In this document: piece after piece, positions 25,003 through 36,959 of the stretch
Layout of the letters: each line of letters starts with the position of its first letter
Position numbering within the stretch: the first letter of the stretch is position 1
From: Macrostomum lignano
Taxonomy: Eukaryota
Direction of reading: 5' to 3'
DNA length: 64,000 nt
Assembly (NCBI GenBank): GCA_002269645.1
Contig: NIVC01000128.1
Coordinates: forward strand, 124,001 to 188,000
Notes under the pieces: generated by a model
The model's database searches: none
Seen by the model: the letters and a program-made list of their open reading frames with translations, nothing else
What the model was told of the DNA's origin: nothing
Translations under genes and position numbers: made by a program

Positions 25003-27527
25003 TCTCCCAGATCCTTCAACAGGATGTCCCTCAGATCCTTCAGCAGGATGTCCCTCTCCCAGATCCTTCAGCAGGATGTCCCTCAGATTCTTCAGCAGGA
25101 TGTCCCTCTCCCAGATCCTTCAGCAGGATGTCCCTCTCAGATCCTTCAGAGGATGTCCCTCAGATCCTTCAGCAGGATGTCCCTCTCCCAGATCCTTCAG
25201 CAGGATGTCCCTCAGATCCTTCAGCAGGATGTCCCTCAGATCCTTCAGCAGGATGTCCCTCAGATCCTTCAGCAGGATGTCCCTCAGATCCTTCAGCAGG
25301 ATGTCCCTCAGATCCTTCAGCAGGATGTCCCTCAGATCCTTCAGCAGGATGTCCCTCAGATCCTTCAGCAGGATGTCCCTCAGATCCTTCAGCAGGATGT
25401 CCCTCAGATCCTTCAGCAGGATGTCCCTCAGATCCTTCAGCAGGATGTCCCTCAGATCCTTCAGCAGGATGTCCCTCAGATCCTTCAGCAGGATGTCCCT
25501 CAGATCCTTCAGCAGGATGTCCCTCAGATCCTTCAGCAGGATGTCCCTCAGATCCTTCAGCAGGATGTCCCTCAGATCCTTCAGCAGGATGTCCCTCAGA
25601 TCCTTCAGCAGGATGTCCCTCAGATCCTTCAGCAGGATGTCCCTCAGATCCTTCAGCAGGATGTCCCTCAGATCCTTCAGCAGGATGTCCCTCAGATCCT
25701 TCAGCAGGATGTCCCTCAGATCCTTCAGAGGATGTCCCTCAGATCCTTCACCAGGATGTCCCTCTCCCAGATCCTTCACCAGGATGTCCCTCTCCCAGAT
25801 CCTTCACCAGGATGTCCCTCTCCCAGATCCTTCACCAGGATGTCCCTCTCCCAGATCCTTCACCAGGATGTCCCTCTCCCAGATCCTTCACCAGGATGTC
25901 CCTCTCCCAGATCCTTCACCAGGATGTCCCTCTCCCAGATCCTTCACCAGGATGTCCCTCTCCCAGATCCTTCACCAGGATGTCCCTCAGATCCTTCAGC
26001 AGGATGTCCCTCAGATCCTTCAGCAGGATGTCCCTCAGATCCTTCAGCAGGATGTCCCTCAGATCCTTCAGCAGGATGTCCCTCAGATCCTTCAGCAGGA
26101 TGTCCCTCAGATCCTTCAGCAGGATGTCCCTCAGATCCTTCAGCAGGATGTCCCTCAGATCCTTCAGCAGGATGTCCCTCAGATCCTTCAGCAGGATGTC
26201 CCTCAGATCCTTCACCAGGATGTCCCTCTCCCAGATCCTTCACCAGGATGTCCCTCTCCCAGATCCTTCACCAGGATGTCCCTCTCCCAGATCCTTCACC
26301 AGGATGTCCCTCTCCCAGATCCTTCACCAGGATGTCCCTCTCCCAGATCCTTCACCAGGATGTCCCTCTCCCAGATCCTTCACCAGGATGTCCCTCTCCC
26401 AGATCCTTCACCAGGATGTCCCTCTCCCAGATCCTTCACCAGGATGTCCCTCTCCCAGATCCTTCACCAGGATGTCCCTCTCCCAGATCCTTCACCAGGA
26501 TGTCCCTCTCCCAGATCCTTCACCAGGATGTCCCTCTCAGATCCTTCACCAGGATGTCCCTCAGATCCTTCAGCAGGATGTCCCTCAGATCCTTCAGCAG
26601 GATGTCCCTCAGATCCTTCAGCAGGATGTCCCTCAGATCCTTCAGCAGGATGTCCCTCAGATCCTTCAGCAGGATGTCCCTCAGATCCTTCAGCAGGATG
26701 TCCCTCAGATCCTTCAGCAGGATGTCCCTCAGATCCTTCAGCAGGATGTCCCTCAGATCCTTCAGGATGTCCCTCAGATCCTTCACCAGGATGTCCCTCT
26801 CCCAGATCCTTCGCCAGGATGTCCCTCTCCCAGATCCTTCACCAGGATGTCCCTCTCCCAGATCCTTCACCAGGATGTCCCTCTCCCAGATCACCTCTCC
26901 CAGATCCTTCCCTCTCCCAGATCCTTCACCAGGATGTCCCTCTCCCAGATCCTTCACCAGGATGTCCCTCTCCCAGATCCTTCACCAGGATGTCCCTCAG
27001 ATCCTTCAGCAGGATGTCCCTCAGATCCTTCAGCAGGATGTCCCTCAGATCCTTCAGCAGGATGTCCCTCAGATCCTTCAGCAGAATGTCCCTCAGATCC
27101 TTCAGCAGGATGTCCCTCAGATCCTTCAGCAGGATGTCCCTCAGATCCTTCAGCAGGATGTCCCTCAGATCCTTCAGCAGGATGTCCCTCAGATCCTTCA
27201 AGAGGATGTCCCTCAGATCCTTCACCAGGATGTCCCTCTCCCAGATCCTTCACCAGGATGTCCCTCTCCCAGATCCTTCACCAGGATGTCCCTCTCCCAG
27301 ATCCTTCACCAGGATGTCCCTCTCCCAGATCCTTCACCAGGATGTCCCTCTCCCAGATTCTTTACCAGGATGTCCCTCTCCCAGATCCTTCACCAGGATG
27401 TCCCTCTCCCAGATCCTTCACCAGGATGTCCCTCTCCCAGATCCTTCACCAGGATGTCCCTCTCCCAGATCCTTCACCAGGATGTCCCTCTCCCAGATCC
27501 TTCACCAGGATGTCCCTCTCCCAGATA
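25003..27527. repeat. 2.5-kb minisatellite of 24-bp (CAGATCCTTCAGCAGGATGTCCCT) and 28-bp (CTCCCAGATCCTTCACCAGGATGTCCCT) units in alternating blocks
   Basis: Direct reading; begins about 90 nt after the RSK stop. Confidence 0.97.
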
Positions 27528-28424
27528 CCCCTCTGCCCCTCTCTGCCAGCTGCCATCCGCTGCCGAAGCCAGTTTATTTTGGTTTTGCTGACTAAACGCA
27601 AACCCAACTGTAATCGCTTGCCATCAACCTGTGCACCAATGCCCGACAGGTCCAATTTCTACATTCTCGCTAATAATTTGCCAATGCTCCGTTGAATCCC
27701 CTTCAACTTTAATTTAGTCTTCTTTGTCTCGGATTGGTCATATTCTGACAGAAAATGTCATCTTTGTTGCTTTGATTCATAATAACCTGTTGCAATTAAT
27801 CATATGCTTGCTTGCATTATTACTTAGTTAAATAAGTGCGTACTTAAATAATTGTTAACGCAGTTCTTGTGTAATTATGTTTTTAATAGCATCCCTTTAT
27901 TAGTCAATGCACCTGCCTATCTATTATCACAGGTTCAGACAGTTTTAAGCATTCGTGCGGATCTATTAGATATTTATGTGATTGGAATCAATAATATAAC
28001 ACATTTCCTTTATTCTTGTTGACCTTTTTAAGAGTTAATCCTGATTGATAAAGCGGCGTTGCTTTTTTTAATCTTTCCTACTTAAAGTAGTAGATACTGT
28101 TGTCTATTTTTTAGATTTCAAAAATTGCTTATCGCGCAATATATAGTAGAGCACAAATGGTTTAGAATTTTAAATTTCCAAGATAAACAATCCGTTGCTA
28201 TGTCAACGTTTCTCCGTATATATATAATAGCAGCTTTAAGAAATTTTCAAATTTGTTATTTTATTTGATTTTTTTCTAAAAGATTCTCTCCCTATCCCCC
28301 TGGTAACCAAAGGCTGGAGGTGTTAGTCGCGCATTTGCTTTTAACATTGAAGTGTTTCCTTAACAACTAGACCAATGTTCGTTTCATCACTACTCCAAGC
28401 TGGTGTTGGATTTAGATCTGTGTC

Positions 28425-28428
<4 letters not shown>

Positions 28429-28471
<43 letters not shown>

Positions 28472-28472
28472 A
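28429..28472. repeat. (CA)n microsatellite
   Basis: Direct reading. Confidence 0.95.
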
Positions 28473-29986
28473 CATTTGTCTGCGTGCCTTTTTGTTTGCT
28501 TTCAATTACTTTAGCTCGTACTGCAGGCAGAGATGAAATGCGCGTTTTATGAGTTACATTTATTAGATATTATACCTTATTCCCGTACTATTATTTTGCT
28601 CTTAACAGGTTCAGACTTGAGCCAAGCCTAAGATCTATTACTTAATGTTTTTTTTCTCGAATCCCCTATAGAACCCTGTCTGCTGCTGCTGATTGTTCTG
28701 CCGCCCTGAATTCTCGCAATTTGATTTTGTTGCTCCTTTTTCTTTGCGTTTCAAATTGCTCAGAGTTCAGGCTGAGTTCGCTTAGCAATTTTCCTCTGTC
28801 ACTGACACTTCTCAAATAATTTTCTGCTTGTCATGTTTTGATTTATCGTTTGTTTTTGTTGTCAGTACTATATACGTGTATATAGATATGCCGTGGAAGA
28901 GATGCACAGTTTTTCTGGGTGTGTATTTTTATTCGAACGTATTTTATTTAGTCCGCCATGCGCCTTTAACAGACAAAAATGCAATAGTACAGGGTTAGAA
29001 TCTTCAGTCATTTAAATAGCTTGGTTATGAGAAACATGCCGCTAAATTTAATTTATTATCTGCTCACCCAGTGTTTCTTATTTATTACATTGAGAATGGG
29101 TTTATTGTTGGAGCTAAACTATACATGTACTAACTAATCATACGAGCTAACTACATGTAGGGCCTACTACTACATTGCATGATGCATAAAGCCATTGGCG
29201 AAGATTTACGAAAATGACGAAAATGGTTACCTTTTTTAATAAAAAGAACTAAATTTGGAAACTGACGACTCACAGACGTTTGGCATGGTAACATACGATC
29301 TCAAATTAACTCAACTCAAATCTCAAATTGTGTATTGTAGAAGTCTGTGCTATATACACATCGTTGTTAAAATCAAGTACTTTGAGATCCAGGGTTACTT
29401 TTGTACAATATAATTATTTACATATTTATAATATTAATATTCGCTCGATCAGTCGATCGTATAATATCAGTAAAAACACAATAATAAATTGTACATCGCA
29501 CCATCCGGTAATGATGAGTACATGTATAGCGTCTGGGAATTTTAGTAACTCTATATTGATCAATTGTAACTGGGTCAAATGATGTGTCTTTAGCTAATTC
29601 GTTCACACAGAAACCCCGCAGGAGTCGAAGTCGTTCTTAGATTAGTCTAGGCTTAGTAAATTTGAAATTTGTCCGTTTACAAAGCCGGTTTTAATTTAGT
29701 TAATCTTATCCTTTAAACAAAAAATAACCCTTAGTAAAATTGCAACGGAACAAATGATACAGCTGTATGAATAGTTGTGTTACAAAAATTGAACGTTTGC
29801 TGAATTTACACTTGAAAGACATAGAGATCAGCACTGTAATACCATGCCCGCTGTTTTTAAAATAAAGCTTGATATGGAACAAATTCAATGCTACTTTAGC
29901 CGCTGTGTATTTTTAACGTTTACATCACACAATAATAATTTTATTAACTTCGAATTCTGATTTGCATAAATATTTTACTCACAAAT

Positions 29987-30091
29987 ATGGCTAGAAACGT
30001 TGCTATTATTGGGTCAGGCAATTGGGGTACCTGTATAGCTAAAATTTGTGCTAAGAATGCATTGGTATCTGCATCTCTCTTTAACAAGGAG
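29987..30091 (+). CDS. GPD1: GPD1 exon 1 (MARNVAIIGSGNWGTCIAKICAKNA...)
   Basis: Rossmann GSGNWG motif of NAD-dependent glycerol-3-phosphate dehydrogenase, GTAAGG donor, phase 0. Confidence 0.93.
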
Positions 30092-31014
30092 GTAAGGTGT
30101 GCGTTCGCATTTTCTACTTTTTATTGATTTATTTGAATAAATAGTGCTAATATTTTAATAAAATGGCATTTAATCAGAAAATATTTTAAAAATAACAGCG
30201 AGATTTTTTAGTCAGTTTTAGTTGCCATATAAACATATTCTACTTGTGATATGAATTCTTGCTCGATTTAATATGAAGGCTATCATTAAGGCTGTCAATC
30301 CTCCACAATTCATAATACAATAGATTCTATTGGAATATGTCATTTCAGAATGATCGTAGTCAAGAAAGAGCCAGAGACACAGTGAATTAACCATTTGATT
30401 TGGGTTTGTTTTCTTATTATACTATGATGTTGATGATCCATTTTCCATTTATTGTATTTAAAGTTGGATTTTAAATGAACTATTGTAACATCAAATGTTA
30501 TATTACATTATCTAAGAAGTATCATGATAAAATCTTTTTTAAACTATTTGAATTATTTTAAACTATATGAAGTTGGAAGCTAATGAGCAAATAAGTGCTC
30601 ATTGAAATACAAAATTCAAGGGACCAACTTAAGTTATCTGCAGCAGTTCTGTTACTTGTTATCAGCTGCTTGTAATTGATGAAAGTATATATTAGTTGCT
30701 ATTATGCTTATATATTCAAGCTCTGTTTTCAGAACGTGGACATATTTTAAATAAAGAACCTATTTTTTAATTAAAATATCGAGTGTTATACTTTACTAGA
30801 GTACTATCTAATCAGGGACACTAGAAGTCATAAATCTGAATGAGAAATTATTAACCTGAGAGAATTATTATTGTCTTGTGAATATACATCGAAAAGTCAG
30901 CTTAAACGTCATTTACATTAAAGTTAGTACTTAGTATACGCACTACGAGCAGAATTTCAATGAATTCAATCCACACCATTAATTTATGCTATATCGTTTT
31001 TGCTAATCATGCTA

Positions 31015-31312
31015 AGAGTTGTAGCCTAGTGGTCTAGAGCATCGGACTCACGACTGGGTTGAGGGTTCGATTCTCGACCCACTCCGAACAATTTGTGTCC
31101 TTGAGCAAGACTTAGTTTTGTCTTGCTTCAGTTCATCCAGCTGTAAAATGGGTGCCAGCATTAGCTGGGGTAATTGAGAGTGTATGTGGCCCCCCAGTCT
31201 TTGGACTGAACAGCCGTACGCAGCCTTCAGATGCGCTGCGCAATAGCTGCGGCTGAGCTGTCGGTTGCACATCTGTCATTAGGGCAGGTGTAATCAGTTA
31301 TCATTATTATTA
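31015..31312 (+). mobile_element. tRNA-derived CORE-type SINE in GPD1 intron 1
   Basis: A-box GTAGCCTAGTGGTCTAGAGC, B-box GGGTTCGATTCTC, CORE-like TGTGTCCTTGAGCAAGAC...CTGTAAAATGGG, (TTA)-rich tail. Confidence 0.78.
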
Positions 31313-31385
31313 ACCATGACCTTCAATAAACGCTAAGTAGATTATCTTGTATTCGAATTCCTTGTCTCGATAAATATTCGACCAG

Positions 31386-31805
31386 GTTCGAATGTGGGTA
31401 TTCGAAGAGACGGTTGACGGGCAGCCGCTGTCGGGCATAATCAACAGCCGGCACGAGAACGTGAAATACCTGCCCGGCATCGCCCTGCCGGACACCCTAG
31501 TGGCCACGCCCGACCTGCCGAGCCTGGGCGAATGGGCGGATATTTTTGTATTCGTGCTACCCCACCAGTTCTTGCTGCCGGCCTGTCGGACTTTGCGCCA
31601 GCAGCGCGCCAAATTTCGGTCGGGCGCCTACGCTGTGTCGCTGATTAAAGGCATCCACGTGGAGCCGGCAGGCGGCGGCGGCGGCGGAGGCGGCGGCGGC
31701 GGCGGAGGCGGCGGCCTGGTGCTATTGTCGGATCTCATTCGCCAGCAGCTGGAGGTTGACTGCGCCGTGCTGATGGGAGCCAATCTGGCGCCCGAGGTGG
31801 CACAG
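31386..31805 (+). CDS. GPD1: GPD1 exon 2 (VRMWVFEE...INSRHENVKYLPG...FVLPHQF...SLIKG...LMGANLAPEVAQ)
   Basis: Conserved GPD1 motifs, 140 codons, includes a 15-Gly run. Confidence 0.97.
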
Positions 31806-31852
31806 GTGATGCAGACGCATTAAACTGGGGGGGACTGCGAATGAGGAGGCTG

Positions 31853-32590
31853 GCTGGGAGGGAGGGGCGGATTGGGAGGGAGGGGCGGATTGGGAGGGAG
31901 GGGCGGATTGGGAGGGAGGGGCGGATTGGGAGGGAGGGGCGGATTGGGAGGAAGCGGCAGATTGGGAGGGGGGCTGATTGGGAGAAAGCGGCAGATTGGG
32001 AAGGAGGGGGGGCTGATTGGGAGAAAGCGGCAGATTGGAAGGAAGCGGCAGATTGGGAGGAAGCGGCAGATTGGGAGGAAGCGGCAGATTGGGAGGAAGC
32101 GGCAGATTGGGAGGAAGCGGCAGATTGGGAGGAAGCGGCAGATTGGAAGGAAGCGGCAGATTGGGAGGAAGCGGCAGATTGGGAGGGGGGCTGATTGGGA
32201 GGAAGTGGCAGATTGAGAGGAAGCGGCAGATTGGGAGGAAGTGGCAGATTGAGAGGAAGCGGCAGATTGGGAGGAAGCGGCAGATTGGGAGGAAGCGGCA
32301 GATTGGGAGGAAGCGGCAGATTGGGAGGGGAGGGGCAGATTGGGAGGAAGCGGCAGATTGGGAGGAAGCGGCAGATTGGGAGGGGAGGGGCAGATTGGGA
32401 GGAAGCGGCAGATTGGGAGGAAGCGGCAGATTGGGAGGAAGCGGCAGATTGGGAGGAAGCGGCAGATTGGGAGGGGAGGGGCAGATTGGGAGGAAGCGGC
32501 AGATTCGGAGGAAGCGGCAGATTGGGAGGGGAGGGGCAGATTGGGAGGAAGCGGCAGATTGGGAGGGGGGGGCTGATTGGGAGGAAGCGG
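31853..32590. repeat. G-rich 18-bp minisatellite (GATTGGGAGGAAGCGGCA) in GPD1 intron 2
   Basis: Direct reading. Confidence 0.95.
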
Positions 32591-32622
32591 GAAGACTCAG
32601 TAGCCCTGACCCCTTACCCTAG

Positions 32623-32887
32623 GAAACATTCTGCGAGGCCACGGTCGGCAGTCGGGACCCGAGCCGAGCCCGCGAGCTCAAAGCCCTATTCGAGACCAAC
32701 TACTTTCGCATCGGCACCACCTCCGACGAGGTTGGCGTTGAACTCTGCGGCGCGCTGAAAAATGTGGTGGCCACTGGGGCCGGCTTCTGCGACGGCCTGG
32801 GCTACGGGGACAACACCAAGGCGGCCATCATCCGGTTGGGCCTGATGGAAATGATGAAGTTCATGCGCACTTTCTATGCGTCCAAGG
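32623..32887 (+). CDS. GPD1: GPD1 exon 3 (ETFCEATVG...VELCGALKNVVA...GDNTKAAIIRLGLMEM)
   Basis: Catalytic GALKN motif, AG/GTAAGT boundaries. Confidence 0.97.
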
Positions 32888-32969
32888 GTAAGTTGCGTCC
32901 GTTCTCTGTGTTGGTGTGCATTTTATTGTAGGCTTAAACTGGCCTGTTAATGGATTGTCGAACTGCTGC

Positions 32970-33385
32970 CCTAATGGGTTCTAAACCGTCCTAATGGGTT
33001 CTAAACCGTCCTAATGGGTTCTAAACTGTCCTAATGGGTTCTAAACTGTCCTAATGGGTGCTAAACCGTCCTAATGGGTTCTAAACTGTCCTAATGGGTG
33101 CTAAACCGTCCTAATGGGTTCTAAACTGTCCTAATGGTTTCTAAACTGTCCTAATAATGGGTTCTAAACCATTCGAATGGATTCTAAACTGTCCTGGGTT
33201 CTAAATCGTTCGAATGGGTTCTAAACTGTCCTAATGGGTTCTAAACTGTCCTAATTGGTTCTAAACTGTCCTAATTGGTTCTAAACTGTCCTAATGGGTT
33301 CTAAACTGTCCTAATTGGTTCTAAACTGTCCTAATTGGTTCTAAACTGTCCTAATGGGTTCTAAACTGTCCTAATTGGTTCTAAG
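32970..33385. repeat. 20-bp minisatellite (CTAATGGGTTCTAAACTGTC) in GPD1 intron 3
   Basis: Direct reading. Confidence 0.95.
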
Positions 33386-33534
33386 AGATTATAAGGTTCT
33401 ATTATGATGTTCTAAAAGTGCTAAGCTGCCCATAGCAATTAATTTGAAATTTTAGCCTGCTAATTTATTTTGCTAAAAATGAGCTCAGTCTGAAGCACCC
33501 GCTGCCCCAATCTGGCCGCCCGCACTCCCGACAG

Positions 33535-33713
33535 GTGTCCAGGACCGGACCTTCTTTGAGTCGTGCGGCATCGCCGACCTGGTGACGACCTGTTACGGTG
33601 GCCGGAATCGCCGGCTGGCCGAGGCCTTCGTGAAGACTGGCAAGCCAATCAGCCAGCTGGAGGACGAGCTGCTCAACGGCCAGAAGCTGCAGGGACCGCA
33701 GACTGCTGCCGAG
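33535..33713 (+). CDS. GPD1: GPD1 exon 4 ([22 protein letters not shown]...LNGQKLQGP)
   Basis: Conserved GPD1 motifs, in phase. Confidence 0.97.
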
Positions 33714-33851
33714 GTGCTTGCGCTAATTGCCTGATAGATCTTTGCTGCTAGGGGTGGAGAACTGAGGTGGGAGCGGAGAGGCAGATTCCAGGACTGAGGT
33801 GAAAGCAGTTACTTTCATAGCAGTCACAACGCCCCAAACACGGACTCGCAG

Positions 33852-33986
33852 GTGTACACAGGCCTGCAGGCTGCGGATCGTCTAGCCGAATTCCCTCTGA
33901 TGGCGGCTGTTCACCTTATCTGCGAGAGGCGCCTCGCCCCCGAGAAGTTCATCGATACGCTGCGCAATCATCCGGAGCACGCTTAG
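33852..33986 (+). CDS. GPD1: GPD1 exon 5 (VY...EFPLMAAVHLIC...LRNHPEHA*)
   Basis: C-terminus matches the GPD1 NHPEH motif; total about 367 aa. Confidence 0.95.
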   Translation: MYTGLQAADRLAEFPLMAAVHLICERRLAPEKFIDTLRNHPEHA

Positions 33987-34319
33987 ATTGTCAATAATTG
34001 ATGAAAAATTTGCTGATATTTCTACTGCCAGTAGACTGTTGAAGGATGGCAATATTGAATAGATTTTTTTTGAAAAAAAAGTTGGAACATTCGATTTTCT
34101 CTTTTAGCTATTTTGTCAGTTTTAACACTCCATGTGCATTTATTTTCCCTGAATAGATATAATTACGTTTTTGGTTCGCATATAAAAATATTTTCCAGTT
34201 TTGAAGTATTGAAAAGCCCAGCTGTATGAGCTGACCACATATTTTTGCATAAGCCGCTACATTCGCTTCAGTAGTTCTACTTTTTTTCTCATTTTAAAAT
34301 CAATGATTTCTCAATGCCG

Positions 34320-34534
<215 letters not shown>

Positions 34535-35510
34535 GAGTCTCTCAGTCTGTTTGCCAGTCAGTCGTAATTGCCCATATCTGTTTTTTGACTCGACTAGCCA
34601 TTAGTTTACTCAAACCTCTCTGTTTCTGTATTTCCGCTTCTCTTGTCTTAACATTCACCGCGCAGTCTTTTCCGCCCAGATTTCCTGCCCTCCCTAACCA
34701 AATATTCGTCGGATCTCACTCTTTATTCTCAATTTTAGTCGAGAGCCAACAACTGCGGCTGGATTGAAATTGCAATAGCATTGGTCCAGCACTTGGCATA
34801 ATGCAGACAGACAGCCCGCCAACTGCACCCAGTGACACCGTATTATCAGCTGACTTTTTACCTTATCGTCGAAGCGAATAATTGCGATGCTTTCAGTCAT
34901 TGGCGGTGCAAGTAAATATTTGGAATATAAAAACTTCTGTCTCTAGTTTAGCAACGCAGGCTGATCAAGTGAAAGTCTATTGGATGCCAAGGCTTGTAGT
35001 GAAAAAATGCATTTATAAATTCGAATGATTCTCGGCACTTCGAACCTCTGTCGCAGCTAATGGCGCAGTGCTTTTTTCGCATATAGAACCTGCGCGTGCT
35101 ACATTGTATAAAAAAATTAATAACGATATGCATCTGCTTTGGCTCGTTGCTCTGTCTCTGCCCTGCAGTGTTTGTAAGTCATTCTCTCCTTTGTCAGATT
35201 GCCAAATGGACAGTAAAACCAATCAAATTGACGATTCTATTAAAATTCAGCAGCGGGTGTCAGAAATGAATAATATTTGAATGGAACAAAGATTGTAGCA
35301 GTCCTAAGCCTGCCGAAACGAGGGTGAAAGCAACGATGTCTGCCCGCCAGCAAAAGTTGTCTATGGCCCCAAGTGGGCACAAAGAAACTATGTGTATATT
35401 TTCAGCTAATATTAGCATTAACATGAGATATTAACATTAACATGAGATAAACATTAGATATATAGTCCATTGACAGTCTTTAGATTTCTCACGCGGAATA
35501 CCTCCTGACC

Positions 35511-36959
35511 TTAGTTTGATTGATTAAAGTTAAACGTACAATTTTCAAACTTGCAATTTCCAAACAGTGAGCTTGCACTCTGGGAACTGCCAACTGCAAT
35601 AGAGTAGTTGGTAGCAGATCTCGTGAATGAGTTCGTAGCCGATCTCTCGATTACGTCTCCAGTCGATACAACCGACGTGTTCGATGCGATAAAGCTTGTT
35701 TCAGACCGGCCTGGAACAGCCAGTCGACGACTAATAGTGTTTGATAGATCTACCTTCTTCGAGAACTTCATTCTCTTGTTGTAGAGGTCCACACTCTCGA
35801 TTCTTTTGTGGCCGGTTACGACTTGAATGTCTGATCTACTGACTTCATCTTCGATTAGGTTTGACACAACCGACGCTCGAATGCAATGATTTGTGTGGGA
35901 ACGGCAACTCAGACCAGCCTGATCGCACAGTTTTTTCATAAACTCGTTCAACCAATTCTTGCCAAGCACCAGGGTCTTGTGGTACCACATACCGTCTTTG
36001 TCGGCTTGATTCAAAGGCTTGGGCCAGAGACAGGCAACATCTGCTGGAATGACCGACAGACAACTCAATCGCCCGTACAGGACATGTGCCCGGATAATCC
36101 GGTGTCTCGGCTAAGATAATGCTCTTAGATGTCGACGGATTACTATCAGACACAGTTTTTTCGATAGATGTCTTCAGCAGGTCCACATAGCGAACACCGT
36201 CATGCTCGTAAATTTTCACATCGGCCTTAGTCAACTCTCGTAGCCACTCCCTACCGCGAAAACCAAAGCCATAAACAATCTTGAACAGAACTTCAAATTG
36301 CAATCGAGTTGGCGTCGAACGATCGAAATAGAGGCGTAGGCGGTTGAAATCTTCGTCGTCAATTGGACAGTACTTTGGACCGCTGCCTACAGCCTTTTTT
36401 GCTGAAGCGATTTGACCAACATAGCCTTGTACGTTCGATCAAACGATAAGAACGCATCGTTGCCAATCAGCTTCAGATTTCGCTTCTCTAATAAATACCG
36501 GTGCACAGACGCGCGAAAACACGTCAGTGTACTTACAGCATATGGCTTTCCATCAGCTGTTTTTAACTGAACGAAGAACAGGCGTAGATAGGAGTTGAGA
36601 TACCTCACTGGCATATTCTCGATGTGATCAGGTAAATTCTCCGCGCGTAGAAACTCTTTTAGTATGCGAATATGCAATTCAGTTTGCTTAACCGTCGACT
36701 TCCGTTTACTTTCTTGCTCCACATGATGTAGGCCAGCTTCTTCTTCTTCGGTCAATTCACGAAACAGGTTTCCAACCTGATCTTCCGGTGTAGGATTGCG
36801 TAGTTCCTCATCAATTAGCCTCTCTTGCTCATCCGTCAGCCCTGTCCATTGACCGATTCTGTCGACACGGTCCCGAGGATCGAGATGCGTGATGAAATCG
36901 AGCTCATCTGAGCTCAATCCACTAATTTCGTCTTCGCGTATTGAAGAATAACGCAGCAT
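35511..36959 (-). pseudogene. Tyrosine recombinase (DUF3504/Crypton type) split by two frameshifts
   Basis: Three overlapping frames give FFVQLKTADGKPYAVSTL.CFRASVHRYL, FGFRGRE (R), CPVRAIE, WY...LGKN, HTNHCIRAS (HxxR), VTGHKRIESVDLY (H, Y) and a C-terminal FGNCKFENCTFNF. Shifts at about 36395 (A6 run) and about 36060. Confidence 0.85.

Noticed and set aside
24935-27695. Three 855-886 aa ORFs after RSK
   Set aside because: Open in all three plus frames because the 24/28-bp units lack stops; pure repeat artefact.
31015-31090. tRNA gene
   Set aside because: No complete cloverleaf, and it continues into a SINE CORE body.
36385-36405. Programmed -1 frameshift in the YR gene
   Set aside because: The zero-frame heptamer is A AAA AGG, not a canonical slippery site, and a second shift of different sign exists; a homopolymer indel is simpler.
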